Below are positions 12,301-27,300 of a DNA stretch of 64,000 nucleotides, piece after piece. Origin of the DNA: the human T2T-CHM13v2.0 reference genome, Homo sapiens. Location of the stretch: assembly GCF_009914755.1 (NCBI RefSeq), contig NC_060939.1. The stretch is one strand, 5' to 3'. The notes beneath the pieces were generated by a model. The model saw only the letters and a program-made list of their open reading frames with translations, was not told the DNA's origin and did not search any database. Position numbers and translations under genes: made by a program. Numbering within the stretch: position 1 is the first letter of the stretch; every line of letters begins with the position of its first letter.

Positions 12301-15300
12301 AAACATCACAAAGAAGATTCTGAGAATGCTTTTGTCTAGATTTTATATGAAGATATTCCCGTGTCCAACGAAATTTTCAAAGGTCTCCAAATATCCATTT
12401 GTAGATTCTACAAAAAGAGTGATTCCAAACTGCTGTATCAAAACAAAGGTTGAACGATGTGAGTTGAGGACACACATCACAAATAAGTTTCTGAGAATGC
12501 TTCTGTCTAGTTTTTATTTGAAGATGTTTCCTTTTTCACCATAGGCCTGAAAGCGCTCGAAATGTCCACTTCCAGATAGTACAGAGTGTTTCAAACCTGC
12601 TCTATGAACGGGAATGTTCAGCTCTGTGAGTTGAATGCAAACATCACAAAGCAGGTTCTGAGAATGCTTCCGTCTAGATTTTAAATGAGGATATTCCCGT
12701 TTCCAACGAAATCCTCGAAGCTATCCAAATATCCACTTGCAGATTCCACAAAAAGAGTGTTTCAAAACTGCTCTGTCAAAAGATAGGTTCAACTCTGTTA
12801 GTTGAGTACACACATGGCAAACAAGATTCCGAGAATGCTTTCGTCTAGTTTTTTTGGGAAGATATTTCCTTCTTCACCATAGGCCTCAAAGCGCTCCAAA
12901 TATCCATTTCCACATGCTATACAAAGAGTGTCTCAAACCTGCTGTATGAATGGGAATGTTCAACTCTATGAGTTGAATGCAAACATCACAAAGAAGTTTC
13001 TGAGAATGCTGCTGTCTAGATTTTATATGAAGGTTTTCCCGCTTCCAACGAAATTTTCAATGCTCTCAAAATATCCTCTTGTAGATTCTACAAAAAGAGT
13101 GTTTCCAAACTGCTGTATCAAAACAAAGGTTCATCTCTGTTAGTTGAGGACACACATCACAAATAAGTTTCTGAGAATGCTTCTGTCTAGTTCTTATTTG
13201 AAGACATTTCCTTTCTCACCTTAGGCCTGAAAACGCTCGAAATATCCACTTCCAGATACGACAGAAACTGTGATTCAAACCTGCTCTATGAAAGGGAATG
13301 TTCAACTAGGTGACTTGAATGCAAACATCACAAAGCAGTTTCTGAGAATGCTGCTGTCTACTTTGTATTTGTAATCCCGTTTCCAACGAAATCCTCAGAA
13401 CTATCGAAATTTCCAATTGCAGATTCCACAAAAAGCGTGTTTCAAAGCTGCTCTGTAGAAAGAAAGGTTCAACTCTGTTAGTTGAATACACACGTCACAA
13501 ACAAGTTTCTGAGAATGCTTCTGTCTAGTTTTTATGGGAAGATATTTCCTTTTTCACCGTAGGCCTCAAAGCGCTCCAAATGTCCACTTCCACATACTAC
13601 AAAAAGAGTGTTTCAAACCTGCTGTATGAAAGGGAATGTTCAACTCTATGAGTTGAATGCAAACATTACAAAGAAGTTTCTGAGAATGCTTCTGTCTAGA
13701 TTTTATATGAAGGTTTTCCCGTTTCCAACGAAATTTTCAATGCTCTCAAAATATCCACTTGTGGATTCTACAAAAAGAGTGTTTCCAAACTGCTGTGTCA
13801 AAAGAAAGGTTCAACTCTGTTAGTTGAGGACACACATCACAAATAAGTTTCTGAGAATGCTTCTGTCTAGTTCTTATTTGAAGACATTTCCTTTCTCACC
13901 TTAGGCCTGAAAACGCTCGAAATATCCACTTCCAGATACGACAGAAACAGTGATTCAAACCTGCTCTATGAAAGGGAATGTTCAACTAGGTGACTTGAAT
14001 GCAAACATCACAAAGCAGTTTCTGAGAATGCTGCTGTCTACTTTCTATTTGTAATCCCGTTTCCAACGAAATCCTCAGAACTATCGAAATTTCCAATTGC
14101 AGATTCCACAAAAAGCGTGTTTCAAAGCTGCTCTGTAAAAAGAAAGGTTCAACTCTGTTAGTTGAATACACACGTCACAAACAAGTTTCTGAGAATGCTT
14201 CTGTCTAGTTTTTATGGGAAGATATTTCCTTTTTCACCGTAGGCCTCAAAGCGCTCCAAATGTCCACTTCCACATACTACAAAAAGAGTGTTTCAAACCT
14301 GCTCTATGATAGGGAATGTTGAAACCTATGAGTTGAATGCAAGCATTACAAAGAGGTTTCTGAGAATGCTTCTGTCTAGATTTTATATGTAGATATTCCC
14401 GTTTCCAACGAAATCCTCAAAGCTATCCAAATATCAACTTGCAGATTCTACAAAAGGAATGTTTACAAAATGCTGTATCCAAACAAAGGTTCAACTCTGT
14501 GAATTGAGGGCATACATCACAAAGAAGATTCTGAGAATGCTTCTGTCTAGATTTTATATGAAAATATTCCCGTTTCCAACGAAATCCTCAAAGCTATCCA
14601 AATATCCACTTGCAAATGCCACAAAAAGAGTGTTTCCAAACTGCTCTGTGAAAAGGAAGGTTCAACTCTGTTAGTTGAGTACACACATCACAAAGAGGTT
14701 TCTGAGAATGCTGCTGACTAGTTTTTATTTGAAGATATTTCCCTTTTCACCTTAGGCCTAAGAGTGCTCGAAATGTCCATTTCCACATACTCCACAAAGT
14801 GTGTTTCAAACGTGCTGTATGAAAGGGAATGTTCAACTCTATGAGTTGAATGCAAACATCACAAAGAAGACTCTGAGAATGCTTTTGTCTAGATTTTATA
14901 TGAAGATATTCCCGTGTCCAACGAAATTTTCAAAGGTCTCCAAATATCCATTTGTAGATTCTACAAAAAGAGTGTTTCCAAACTGCTGTATCAAAACAAA
15001 GGTTGAACTCTGTGAGTTGAGGACACACATCACAAATAAGTTTCTGAGAATGCTTCTGTCTAGTTTTTATTTGAAGATGTTTCCTTTTTCACCATAGGCC
15101 TGAAAGCGCTCGAAATGTCCACTTCCAGATAGTACAGAAAGAGTGTTTCAAACCTGCTCTATGAACGGGAATGTTCAGCTCTGTGAGTTGAATGCAAACA
15201 TCACAAAGCAGGTTCCGAGAATGCTTCCGTCTAGATTTTAAATGAGGATATTCCCGTTTCCAACGAAATCCTCGAAGCTATCCAAATATCCACTTGCAGA

Positions 15301-18300
15301 TTCCACAAAAAGAGTGTTTCAAAACTGCTCTGTCAAAAGATAGGTTCAACTCTGTTAGTTGAGTACACACATGGCAAACAAGATTCCGAGAATGCTTTCG
15401 TCTAGTTTTTTTGGGAAGATATTTCCTTCTTCACCATAGGCCTCAAAGCGCTCCAAATATCCATTTCCACATGCTATACAAAGAGTGTCTCAAACCTGCT
15501 GTATGAATGGGAATGTTCAACTCTATGAGTTGAATGCAAACATCACAAAGAAGTTTCTGAGAATGCTGCTGTCTAGATTTTATATGAAGGTTTTCCCGCT
15601 TCCAACGAAATTTTCAATGCTCTCAAAATATCCTCTTGTAGATTCTACAAAAAGAGTGTTTCCAAACTGCTGTATCAAAACAAAGGTTCATCTCTGTTAG
15701 TTGAGGACACACATCACAAATAAGTTTCTGAGAATGCTTCTGTCTAGTTCTTATTTGAAGACATTTCCTTTCTCACCTTAGGCCTGAAAGCGCTCGAAAT
15801 ACCCACTTCCAGATACTACAGAAACAGTGATTCAAACCTGCTCTATGAAAGGGAATGTTCAACTATGTGACTTGAATGCAAACATCACAAAGCAGTTTCT
15901 GAGAATGCTGCTGTCTACTTTCTATTTGTAATCCCGTTTCCAACGAAATCCTCAGAACTATCGAAATTTCCAATTGCAGATTCCACAGAAACAGGGTTTC
16001 AAAGCTGCTCTGTAAAAAGAAAGGTTCAACTCTGTTAGTTGAATACACACGTCACAAACAAGTTTCTGAGAATGCTTCTGTCTAGTTTTTATGGGAAGAT
16101 ATTTCCTTTTTCACCGTAGGCCTCAAAGCGCTCCAAATGTCCACTTCCACATACTACAAAAAGAGTGTTTCAAACCTGCTGTATGAAAGGGAATGTTCAA
16201 CTCTATGAGTTGAATGCAAACATTACAAAGAAGTTTCTGAGAATGCTTCTGTCTAGATTTTATATGAAGGTTTTCCCGTTTCCAACGAAATTTTCAATGC
16301 TCTCAAAATATCCACTTGTAGATTCTACAAAAAGAGTGTTTCCAAACTGCTGTGTCAAAAGAAAGGTTCAACTCTGTTAGTTGAGGACACACATCACAAA
16401 TAAGTTTCTGAGAATGCTTCTGTCTAGTTCTTATTTGAAGACATTTCCTTTCTCACCTTAGGCCTGAAAACGCTCGAAATATCCACTTCCAGATACGACA
16501 GAAACAGTGATTCAAACCTGCTCTATGAAAGGGAATGTTCAACTAGGTGACTTGAATGCAAACATCACAAAGCAGTTTCTGAGAATGCTGCTGTCTACTT
16601 TCTATTTGTAATCCCGTTTCCAACGAAATCCTCAGAACTATCGAAATTTCCAATTGCAGATTCCACAGAAACAGGGTTTCAAAGCTGCTCTGTAAAAAGA
16701 AAGGTTCAACTCTGTTAGTTGAATACACACGTCACAAACAAGTTTCTGAGAATGCTTCTGTCTAGTTTTTATGGGAAGATATTTCCTTTTTCACCGTAGG
16801 CCTCAAAGCGCTCCAAATGTCCACTTCCACATACTACAAAAAGAGTGTTTCAAACCTGCTCTATGATAGGGAATGTTGAAACCTATGAGTTGAATGCAAG
16901 CATTACAAAGAGGTTTCTGAGAATGCTTCTGTCTAGATTTTATATGTAGATATTCCCGTTTCCAACGAAATCCTCAAAGCTATCCAAATATCAACTTGCA
17001 GATTCTACAAAAGGAATGTTTCCAAAATGCTGTATCCAAACAAAGGTTCAACTCTGTGAATTGAGGGCATACATCACAAAGAAGATTCTGAGAATGCTTC
17101 TGTCTAGATTTTATATGAAAATATTCCCGTTTCCAACGAAATCCTCAAAGCTATCCAAATATCCACTTGCAAATGCCACAAAAAGAGTGTTTCCAAACTG
17201 CTCTGTGAAAAGGAAGGTTCAACTCTGTTAGTTGAGTACACACATCACAAAGAGGTTTCTGAGAATGCTGCTGACTAGTTTTTATTTGAAGATATTTCCC
17301 TTTTCACCTTAGGCCTAAGAGTGCTCGAAATGTCCATTTCCACATACTCCACAAAGTGTGTTTCAAACGTGCTGTATGAAAGGGAATGTTCAACTCTATG
17401 AGTTGAATGCAAACATCACAAAGAAGACTCTGAGAATGCTTTTGTCTAGATTTTATATGAAGATATTCCCGTGTCCAACGAAATTTTCAAAGGTCTCCAA
17501 ATACCCATTTGTAGATTCTACAAAAAGAGTGTTTCCAAACTGCTGTATCAAAACAAAGGTTGAACTCTGTGAGTTGAGGACACACATCACAAATAAGTTT
17601 CTGAGAATGCTTCTGTCTAGTTTTTATTTGAAGATGTTTCCTTTTTCACCATAGGCCTGAAAGCGCTCGAAATGTCCACTTCCAGATAGTACAGAAAGAG
17701 TGTTTCAAACCTGCTCTATGAACGGGAATGTTCAGCTCTGTGAGTTGAATGCAAACATCACAAAGCAGGTTCCGAGAATGCTTCCGTCTAGATTTTAAAT
17801 GAGGATATTCCCGTTTCCAACGAAATCCTCGAAGCTATCCAAATATCCACTTGCAGATTCCACAAAAAGAGTGTTTCAAAACTGCTCTGTCAAAAGATAG
17901 GTTCAACTCTGTTAGTTGAGTACACACATGGCAAACAAGATTCCGAGAATGCTTTCGTCTAGTTTTTTTGGGAAGATATTTCCTTCTTCACCATAGGCCT
18001 CAAAGCGCTCCAAATATCCATTTCCACATGCTATACAAAGAGTGTCTCAAACCTGCTGTATGAATGGGAATGTTCAACTCTATGAGTTGAATGCAAACAT
18101 CACAAAGAAGTTTCTGAGAATGCTGCTGTCTAGATTTTATATGAAGGTTTTCCCGCTTCCAACGAAATTTTCAATGCTCTCAAAATATCCTCTTGTAGAT
18201 TCTACAAAAAGAGTGTTTCCAAACTGCTGTATCAAAACAAAGGTTCATCTCTGTTAGTTGAGGACACACATCACAAATAAGTTTCTGAGAATGCTTCTGT

Positions 18301-21300
18301 CTAGTTCTTATTTGAAGACATTTCCTTTCTCACCTTAGGCCTGAAAGCGCTCGAAATACCCACTTCCAGATACTACAGAAACAGTGATTCAAACCTGCTC
18401 TATGAAAGGGAATGTTCAACTATGTGACTTGAATGCAAACATCACAAAGCAGTTTCTGAGAATGCTGCTGTCTACTTTGTATTTGTAATCCCGTTTCCAA
18501 CGAAATCCTCAGAACTATCGAAATTTCCAATTGCAGATTCCACAGAAACAGGGTTTCAAAGCTGCTCTGTAAAAAGAAAGGTTCAACTCTGTTAGTTGAA
18601 TACACACGTCACAAACAAGTTTCTGAGAATGCTTCTGTCTAGTTTTTATGGGAAGATATTTCCTTTTTCACCGTAGGCCTCAAAGCGCTCCAAATGTCCA
18701 CTTCCACATACTACAAAAAGAGTGTTTCAAACCTGCTGTATGAAAGGGAATGTTCAACTCTATGAGTTGAATGCAAACATTACAAAGAAGTTTCTGAGAA
18801 TGCTTCTGTCTAGATTTTATATGAAGGTTTTCCCGTTTCCAACGAAATTTTCAATGCTCTCAAAATATCCACTTGTAGATTCTACAAAAAGAGTGTTTCC
18901 AAACTGCTGTGTCAAAAGAAAGGTTCAACTCTGTTAGTTGAGGACACACATCACAAATAAGTTTCTGAGAATGCTTCTGTCTAGTTCTTATTTGAAGACA
19001 TTTCCTTTCTCACCTTAGGCCTGAAAACGCTCGAAATATCCACTTCCAGATACGACAGAAACAGTGATTCAAACCTGCTCTATGAAAGGGAATGTTCAAC
19101 TAGGTGACTTGAATGCAAACATCACAAAGCAGTTTCTGAGAATGCTGCTGTCTACTTTCTATTTGTAATCCCGTTTCCAACGAAATCCTCAGAACTATCG
19201 AAATTTCCAATTGCAGATTCCACAGAAACAGGGTTTCAAAGCTGCTCTGTAAAAAGAAAGGTTCAACTCTGTTAGTTGAATACACACGTCACAAACAAGT
19301 TTCTGAGAATGCTTCTGTCTAGTTTTTATGGGAAGATATTTCCTTTTTCACCGTAGGCCTCAAAGCGCTCCAAATGTCCACTTCCACATACTACAAAAAG
19401 AGTGTTTCAAACCTGCTCTATGATAGGGAATGTTGAAACCTATGAGTTGAATGCAAGCATTACAAAGAGGTTTCTGAGAATGCTTCTGTCTAGATTTTAT
19501 ATGTAGATATTCCCGTTTCCAACGAAATCCTCAAAGCTATCCAAATATCAACTTGCAGATTCTACAAAAGGAATGTTTCCAAAATGCTGTATCCAAACAA
19601 AGGTTCAACTCTGTGAATTGAGGGCATACATCACAAAGAAGATTCTGAGAATGCTTCTGTCTAGATTTTATATGAAAATATTCCCGTTTCCAACGAAATC
19701 CTCAAAGCTATCCAAATATCCACTTGCAAATGCCACAAAAAGAGTGTTTCCAAACTGCTCTGTGAAAAGGAAGGTTCAACTCTGTTAGTTGAGTACACAC
19801 ATCACAAAGAGGTTTCTGAGAATGCTGCTGACTAGTTTTTATTTGAAGATATTTCCCTTTTCACCTTAGGCCTAAGAGTGCTCGAAATGTCCATTTCCAC
19901 ATACTCCACAAAGTGTGTTTCAAACGTGCTGTATGAAAGGGAATGTTCAACTCTATGAGTTGAATGCAAACATCACAAAGAAGACTCTGAGAATGCTTTT
20001 GTCTAGATTTTATATGAAGATATTCCCGTGTCCAACGAAATTTTCAAAGGTCTCCAAATACCCATTTGTAGATTCTACAAAAAGAGTGTTTCCAAACTGC
20101 TGTATCAAAACAAAGGTTGAACTCTGTGAGTTGAGGACACACATCACAAATAAGTTTCTGAGAATGCTTCTGTCTAGTTTTTATTTGAAGATGTTTCCTT
20201 TTTCACCATAGGCCTGAAAGCGCTCGAAATGTCCACTTCCAGATAGTACAGAAAGAGTGTTTCAAACCTGCTCTATGAACGGGAATGTTCAGCTCTGTGA
20301 GTTGAATGCAAACATCACAAAGCAGGTTCCGAGAATGCTTCCGTCTAGATTTTAAATGAGGATATTCCCGTTTCCAACGAAATCCTCGAAGCTATCCAAA
20401 TATCCACTTGCAGATTCCACAAAAAGAGTGTTTCAAAACTGCTCTGTCAAAAGATAGGTTCAACTCTGTTAGTTGAGTACACACATGGCAAACAAGATTC
20501 CGAGAATGCTTTCGTCTAGTTTTTTTGGGAAGATATTTCCTTCTTCACCATAGGCCTCAAAGCGCTCCAAATATCCATTTCCACATGCTATACAAAGAGT
20601 GTCTCAAACCTGCTGTATGAATGGGAATGTTCAACTCTATGAGTTGAATGCAAACATCACAAAGAAGTTTCTGAGAATGCTGCTGTCTAGATTTTATATG
20701 AAGGTTTTCCCGCTTCCAACGAAATTTTCAATGCTCTCAAAATATCCTCTTGTAGATTCTACAAAAAGAGTGTTTCCAAACTGCTGTATCAAAACAAAGG
20801 TTCATCTCTGTTAGTTGAGGACACACATCACAAATAAGTTTCTGAGAATGCTTCTGTCTAGTTCTTATTTGAAGACATTTCCTTTCTCACCTTAGGCCTG
20901 AAAGCGCTCGAAATACCCACTTCCAGATACTACAGAAACAGTGATTCAAACCTGCTCTATGAAAGGGAATGTTCAACTATGTGACTTGAATGCAAACATC
21001 ACAAAGCAGTTTCTGAGAATGCTGCTGTCTACTTTCTATTTGTAATCCCGTTTCCAACGAAATCCTCAGAACTATCGAAATTTCCAATTGCAGATTCCAC
21101 AGAAACAGGGTTTCAAAGCTGCTCTGTAAAAAGAAAGGTTCAACTCTGTTAGTTGAATACACACGTCACAAACAAGTTTCTGAGAATGCTTCTGTCTAGT
21201 TTTTATGGGAAGATATTTCCTTTTTCACCGTAGGCCTCAAAGCGCTCCAAATGTCCACTTCCACATACTACAAAAAGAGTGTTTCAAACCTGCTGTATGA

Positions 21301-24300
21301 AAGGGAATGTTCAACTCTATGAGTTGAATGCAAACATTACAAAGAAGTTTCTGAGAATGCTTCTGTCTAGATTTTATATGAAGGTTTTCCCGTTTCCAAC
21401 GAAATTTTCAATGCTCTCAAAATATCCACTTGTAGATTCTACAAAAAGAGTGTTTCCAAACTGCTGTGTCAAAAGAAAGGTTCAACTCTGTTAGTTGAGG
21501 ACACACATCACAAATAAGTTTCTGAGAATGCTTCTGTCTAGTTCTTATTTGAAGACATTTCCTTTCTCACCTTAGGCCTGAAAACGCTCGAAATATCCAC
21601 TTCCAGATACGACAGAAACAGTGATTCAAACCTGCTCTATGAAAGGGAATGTTCAACTAGGTGACTTGAATGCAAACATCACAAAGCAGTTTCTGAGAAT
21701 GCTGCTGTCTACTTTCTATTTGTAATCCCGTTTCCAACGAAATCCTCAGAACTATCGAAATTTCCAATTGCAGATTCCACAGAAACAGGGTTTCAAAGCT
21801 GCTCTGTAAAAAGAAAGGTTCAACTCTGTTAGTTGAATACACACGTCACAAACAAGTTTCTGAGAATGCTTCTGTCTAGTTTTTATGGGAAGATATTTCC
21901 TTTTTCACCGTAGGCCTCAAAGCGCTCCAAATGTCCACTTCCACATACTACAAAAAGAGTGTTTCAAACCTGCTCTATGATAGGGAATGTTGAAACCTAT
22001 GAGTTGAATGCAAGCATTACAAAGAGGTTTCTGAGAATGCTTCTGTCTAGATTTTATATGTAGATATTCCCGTTTCCAACGAAATCCTCAAAGCTATCCA
22101 AATATCAACTTGCAGATTCTACAAAAGGAATGTTTCCAAAATGCTGTATCCAAACAAAGGTTCAACTCTGTGAATTGAGGGCATACATCACAAAGAAGAT
22201 TCTGAGAATGCTTCTGTCTAGATTTTATATGAAAATATTCCCGTTTCCAACGAAATCCTCAAAGCTATCCAAATATCCACTTGCAAATGCCACAAAAAGA
22301 GTGTTTCCAAACTGCTCTGTGAAAAGGAAGGTTCAACTCTGTTAGTTGAGTACACACATCACAAAGAGGTTTCTGAGAATGCTGCTGACTAGTTTTTATT
22401 TGAAGATATTTCCCTTTTCACCTTAGGCCTAAGAGTGCTCGAAATGTCCATTTCCACATACTCCACAAAGTGTGTTTCAAACGTGCTGTATGAAAGGGAA
22501 TGTTCAACTCTATGAGTTGAATGCAAACATCACAAAGAAGACTCTGAGAATGCTTTTGTCTAGATTTTATATGAAGATATTCCCGTGTCCAACGAAATTT
22601 TCAAAGGTCTCCAAATACCCATTTGTAGATTCTACAAAAAGAGTGTTTCCAAACTGCTGTATCAAAACAAAGGTTGAACTCTGTGAGTTGAGGACACACA
22701 TCACAAATAAGTTTCTGAGAATGCTTCTGTCTAGTTTTTATTTGAAGATGTTTCCTTTTTCACCATAGGCCTGAAAGCGCTCGAAATGTCCACTTCCAGA
22801 TAGTACAGAAAGAGTGTTTCAAACCTGCTCTATGAACGGGAATGTTCAGCTCTGTGAGTTGAATGCAAACATCACAAAGCAGGTTCCGAGAATGCTTCCG
22901 TCTAGATTTTAAATGAGGATATTCCCGTTTCCAACGAAATCCTCGAAGCTATCCAAATATCCACTTGCAGATTCCACAAAAAGAGTGTTTCAAAACTGCT
23001 CTGTCAAAAGATAGGTTCAACTCTGTTAGTTGAGTACACACATGGCAAACAAGATTCCGAGAATGCTTTCGTCTAGTTTTTTTGGGAAGATATTTCCTTC
23101 TTCACCATAGGCCTCAAAGCGCTCCAAATATCCATTTCCACATGCTATACAAAGAGTGTCTCAAACCTGCTGTATGAATGGGAATGTTCAACTCTATGAG
23201 TTGAATGCAAACATCACAAAGAAGTTTCTGAGAATGCTGCTGTCTAGATTTTATATGAAGGTTTTCCCGCTTCCAACGAAATTTTCAATGCTCTCAAAAT
23301 ATCCTCTTGTAGATTCTACAAAAAGAGTGTTTCCAAACTGCTGTATCAAAACAAAGGTTCATCTCTGTTAGTTGAGGACACACATCACAAATAAGTTTCT
23401 GAGAATGCTTCTGTCTAGTTCTTATTTGAAGACATTTCCTTTCTCACCTTAGGCCTGAAAGCGCTCGAAATACCCACTTCCAGATACTACAGAAACAGTG
23501 ATTCAAACCTGCTCTATGAAAGGGAATGTTCAACTATGTGACTTGAATGCAAACATCACAAAGCAGTTTCTGAGAATGCTGCTGTCTACTTTCTATTTGT
23601 AATCCCGTTTCCAACGAAATCCTCAGAACTATCGAAATTTCCAATTGCAGATTCCACAGAAACAGGGTTTCAAAGCTGCTCTGTAAAAAGAAAGGTTCAA
23701 CTCTGTTAGTTGAATACACACGTCACAAACAAGTTTCTGAGAATGCTTCTGTCTAGTTTTTATGGGAAGATATTTCCTTTTTCACCGTAGGCCTCAAAGC
23801 GCTCCAAATGTCCACTTCCACATACTACAAAAAGAGTGTTTCAAACCTGCTGTATGAAATGGAATGTTCAACTCTATGAGTTGAATGCAAACATTACAAA
23901 GAAGTTTCTGAGAATGCTTCTGTCTAGATTTTATATGAAGGTTTTCCCGTTTCCAACGAAATTTTCAATGCTCTCAAAATATCCACTTGTAGATTCTACA
24001 AAAAGAGTGTTTCCAAACTGCTGTGTCAAAAGAAAGGTTCAACTCTGTTAGTTGAGGACACACATCACAAATAAGTTTCTGAGAATGCTTCTGTCTAGTT
24101 CTTATTTGAAGACATTTCCTTTCTCACCTTAGGCCTGAAAACGCTCGAAATATCCACTTCCAGATACGACAGAAACAGTGATTCAAACCTGCTCTATGAA
24201 AGGGAATGTTCAACTAGGTGACTTGAATGCAAACATCACAAAGCAGTTTCTGAGAATGCTGCTGTCTACTTTCTATTTGTAATCCCGTTTCCAACGAAAT

Positions 24301-27300
24301 CCTCAGAACTATCGAAATTTCCAATTGCAGATTCCACAGAAACAGGGTTTCAAAGCTGCTCTGTAAAAAGAAAGGTTCAACTCTGTTAGTTGAATACACA
24401 CGTCACAAACAAGTTTCTGAGAATGCTTCTGTCTAGTTTTTATGGGAAGATATTTCCTTTTTCACCGTAGGCCTCAAAGCGCTCCAAATGTCCACTTCCA
24501 CATACTACAAAAAGAGTGTTTCAAACCTGCTCTATGATAGGGAATGTTGAAACCTATGAGTTGAATGCAAGCATTACAAAGAGGTTTCTGAGAATGCTTC
24601 TGTCTAGATTTTATATGTAGATATTCCCGTTTCCAACGAAATCCTCAAAGCTATCCAAATATCAACTTGCAGATTCTACAAAAGGAATGTTTCCAAAATG
24701 CTGTATCCAAACAAAGGTTCAACTCTGTGAATTGAGGGCATACATCACAAAGAAGATTCTGAGAATGCTTCTGTCTAGATTTTATATGAAAATATTCCCG
24801 TTTCCAACGAAATCCTCAAAGCTATCCAAATATCCACTTGCAAATGCCACAAAAAGAGTGTTTCCAAACTGCTCTGTGAAAAGGAAGGTTCAACTCTGTT
24901 AGTTGAGTACACACATCACAAAGAGGTTTCTGAGAATGCTGCTGACTAGTTTTTATTTGAAGATATTTCCCTTTTCACCTTAGGCCTAAGAGTGCTCGAA
25001 ATGTCCATTTCCACATACTCCACAAAGTGTGTTTCAAACGTGCTGTATGAAAGGGAATGTTCAACTCTATGAGTTGAATGCAAACATCACAAAGAAGACT
25101 CTGAGAATGCTTTTGTCTAGATTTTATATGAAGATATTCCCGTGTCCAACGAAATTTTCAAAGGTCTCCAAATACCCATTTGTAGATTCTACAAAAAGAG
25201 TGTTTCCAAACTGCTGTATCAAAACAAAGGTTGAACTCTGTGAGTTGAGGACACACATCACAAATAAGTTTCTGAGAATGCTTCTGTCTAGTTTTTATTT
25301 GAAGATGTTTCCTTTTTCACCATAGGCCTGAAAGCGCTCGAAATGTCCACTTCCAGATAGTACAGAAAGAGTGTTTCAAACCTGCTCTATGAACGGGAAT
25401 GTTCAGCTCTGTGAGTTGAATGCAAACATCACAAAGCAGGTTCTGAGAATGCTTCCGTCTAGATTTTAAATGAGGATATTCCCGTTTCCAACGAAATCCT
25501 CGAAGCTATCCAAATATCCACTTGCAGATTCCACAAAAAGAGTGTTTCAAAACTGCTCTGTCAAAAGATAGGTTCAACTCTGTTAGTTGAGTACACACAT
25601 GGCAAACAAGATTCCGAGAATGCTTTCGTCTAGTTTTTTTGGGAAGATATTTCCTTCTTCACCATAGGCCTCAAAGCGCTCCAAATATCCATTTCCACAT
25701 GCTATACAAAGAGTGTCTCAAACCTGCTGTATGAATGGGAATGTTCAACTCTATGAGTTGAATGCAAACATCACAAAGAAGTTTCTGAGAATGCTGCTGT
25801 CTAGATTTTATATGAAGGTTTTCCCGCTTCCAACGAAATTTTCAATGCTCTCAAAATATCCTCTTGTAGATTCTACAAAAAGAGTGTTTCCAAACTGCTG
25901 TATCAAAACAAAGGTTCATCTCTGTTAGTTGAGGACACACATCACAAATAAGTTTCTGAGAATGCTTCTGTCTAGTTCTTATTTGAAGACATTTCCTTTC
26001 TCACCTTAGGCCTGAAAGCGCTCGAAATACCCACTTCCAGATACTACAGAAACAGTGATTCAAACCTGCTCTATGAAAGGGAATGTTCAACTATGTGACT
26101 TGAATGCAAACATCACAAAGCAGTTTCTGAGAATGCTGCTGTCTACTTTCTATTTGTAATCCCGTTTCCAACGAAATCCTCAGAACTATCGAAATTTCCA
26201 ATTGCAGATTCCACAGAAACAGGGTTTCAAAGCTGCTCTGTAAAAAGAAAGGTTCAACTCTGTTAGTTGAATACACACGTCACAAACAAGTTTCTGAGAA
26301 TGCTTCTGTCTAGTTTTTATGGGAAGATATTTCCTTTTTCACCGTAGGCCTCAAAGCGCTCCAAATGTCCACTTCCACATACTACAAAAAGAGTGTTTCA
26401 AACCTGCTGTATGAAAGGGAATGTTCAACTCTATGAGTTGAATGCAAACATTACAAAGAAGTTTCTGAGAATGCTTCTGTCTAGATTTTATATGAAGGTT
26501 TTCCCGTTTCCAACGAAATTTTCAATGCTCTCAAAATATCCACTTGTAGATTCTACAAAAAGAGTGTTTCCAAACTGCTGTGTCAAAAGAAAGGTTCAAC
26601 TCTGTTAGTTGAGGACACACATCACAAATAAGTTTCTGAGAATGCTTCTGTCTAGTTCTTATTTGAAGACATTTCCTTTCTCACCTTAGGCCTGAAAACG
26701 CTCGAAATATCCACTTCCAGATACGACAGAAACAGTGATTCAAACCTGCTCTATGAAAGGGAATGTTCAACTAGGTGACTTGAATGCAAACATCACAAAG
26801 CAGTTTCTGAGAATGCTGCTGTCTACTTTCTATTTGTAATCCCGTTTCCAACGAAATCCTCAGAACTATCGAAATTTCCAATTGCAGATTCCACAGAAAC
26901 AGGGTTTCAAAGCTGCTCTGTAAAAAGAAAGGTTCAACTCTGTTAGTTGAATACACACGTCACAAACAAGTTTCTGAGAATGCTTCTGTCTAGTTTTTAT
27001 GGGAAGATATTTCCTTTTTCACCGTAGGCCTCAAAGCGCTCCAAATGTCCACTTCCACATACTACAAAAAGAGTGTTTCAAACCTGCTCTATGATAGGGA
27101 ATGTTGAAACCTATGAGTTGAATGCAAGCATTACAAAGAGGTTTCTGAGAATGCTTCTGTCTAGATTTTATATGTAGATATTCCCGTTTCCAACGAAATC
27201 CTCAAAGCTATCCAAATATCAACTTGCAGATTCTACAAAAGGAATGTTTCCAAAATGCTGTATCCAAACAAAGGTTCAACTCTGTGAATTGAGGGCATAC

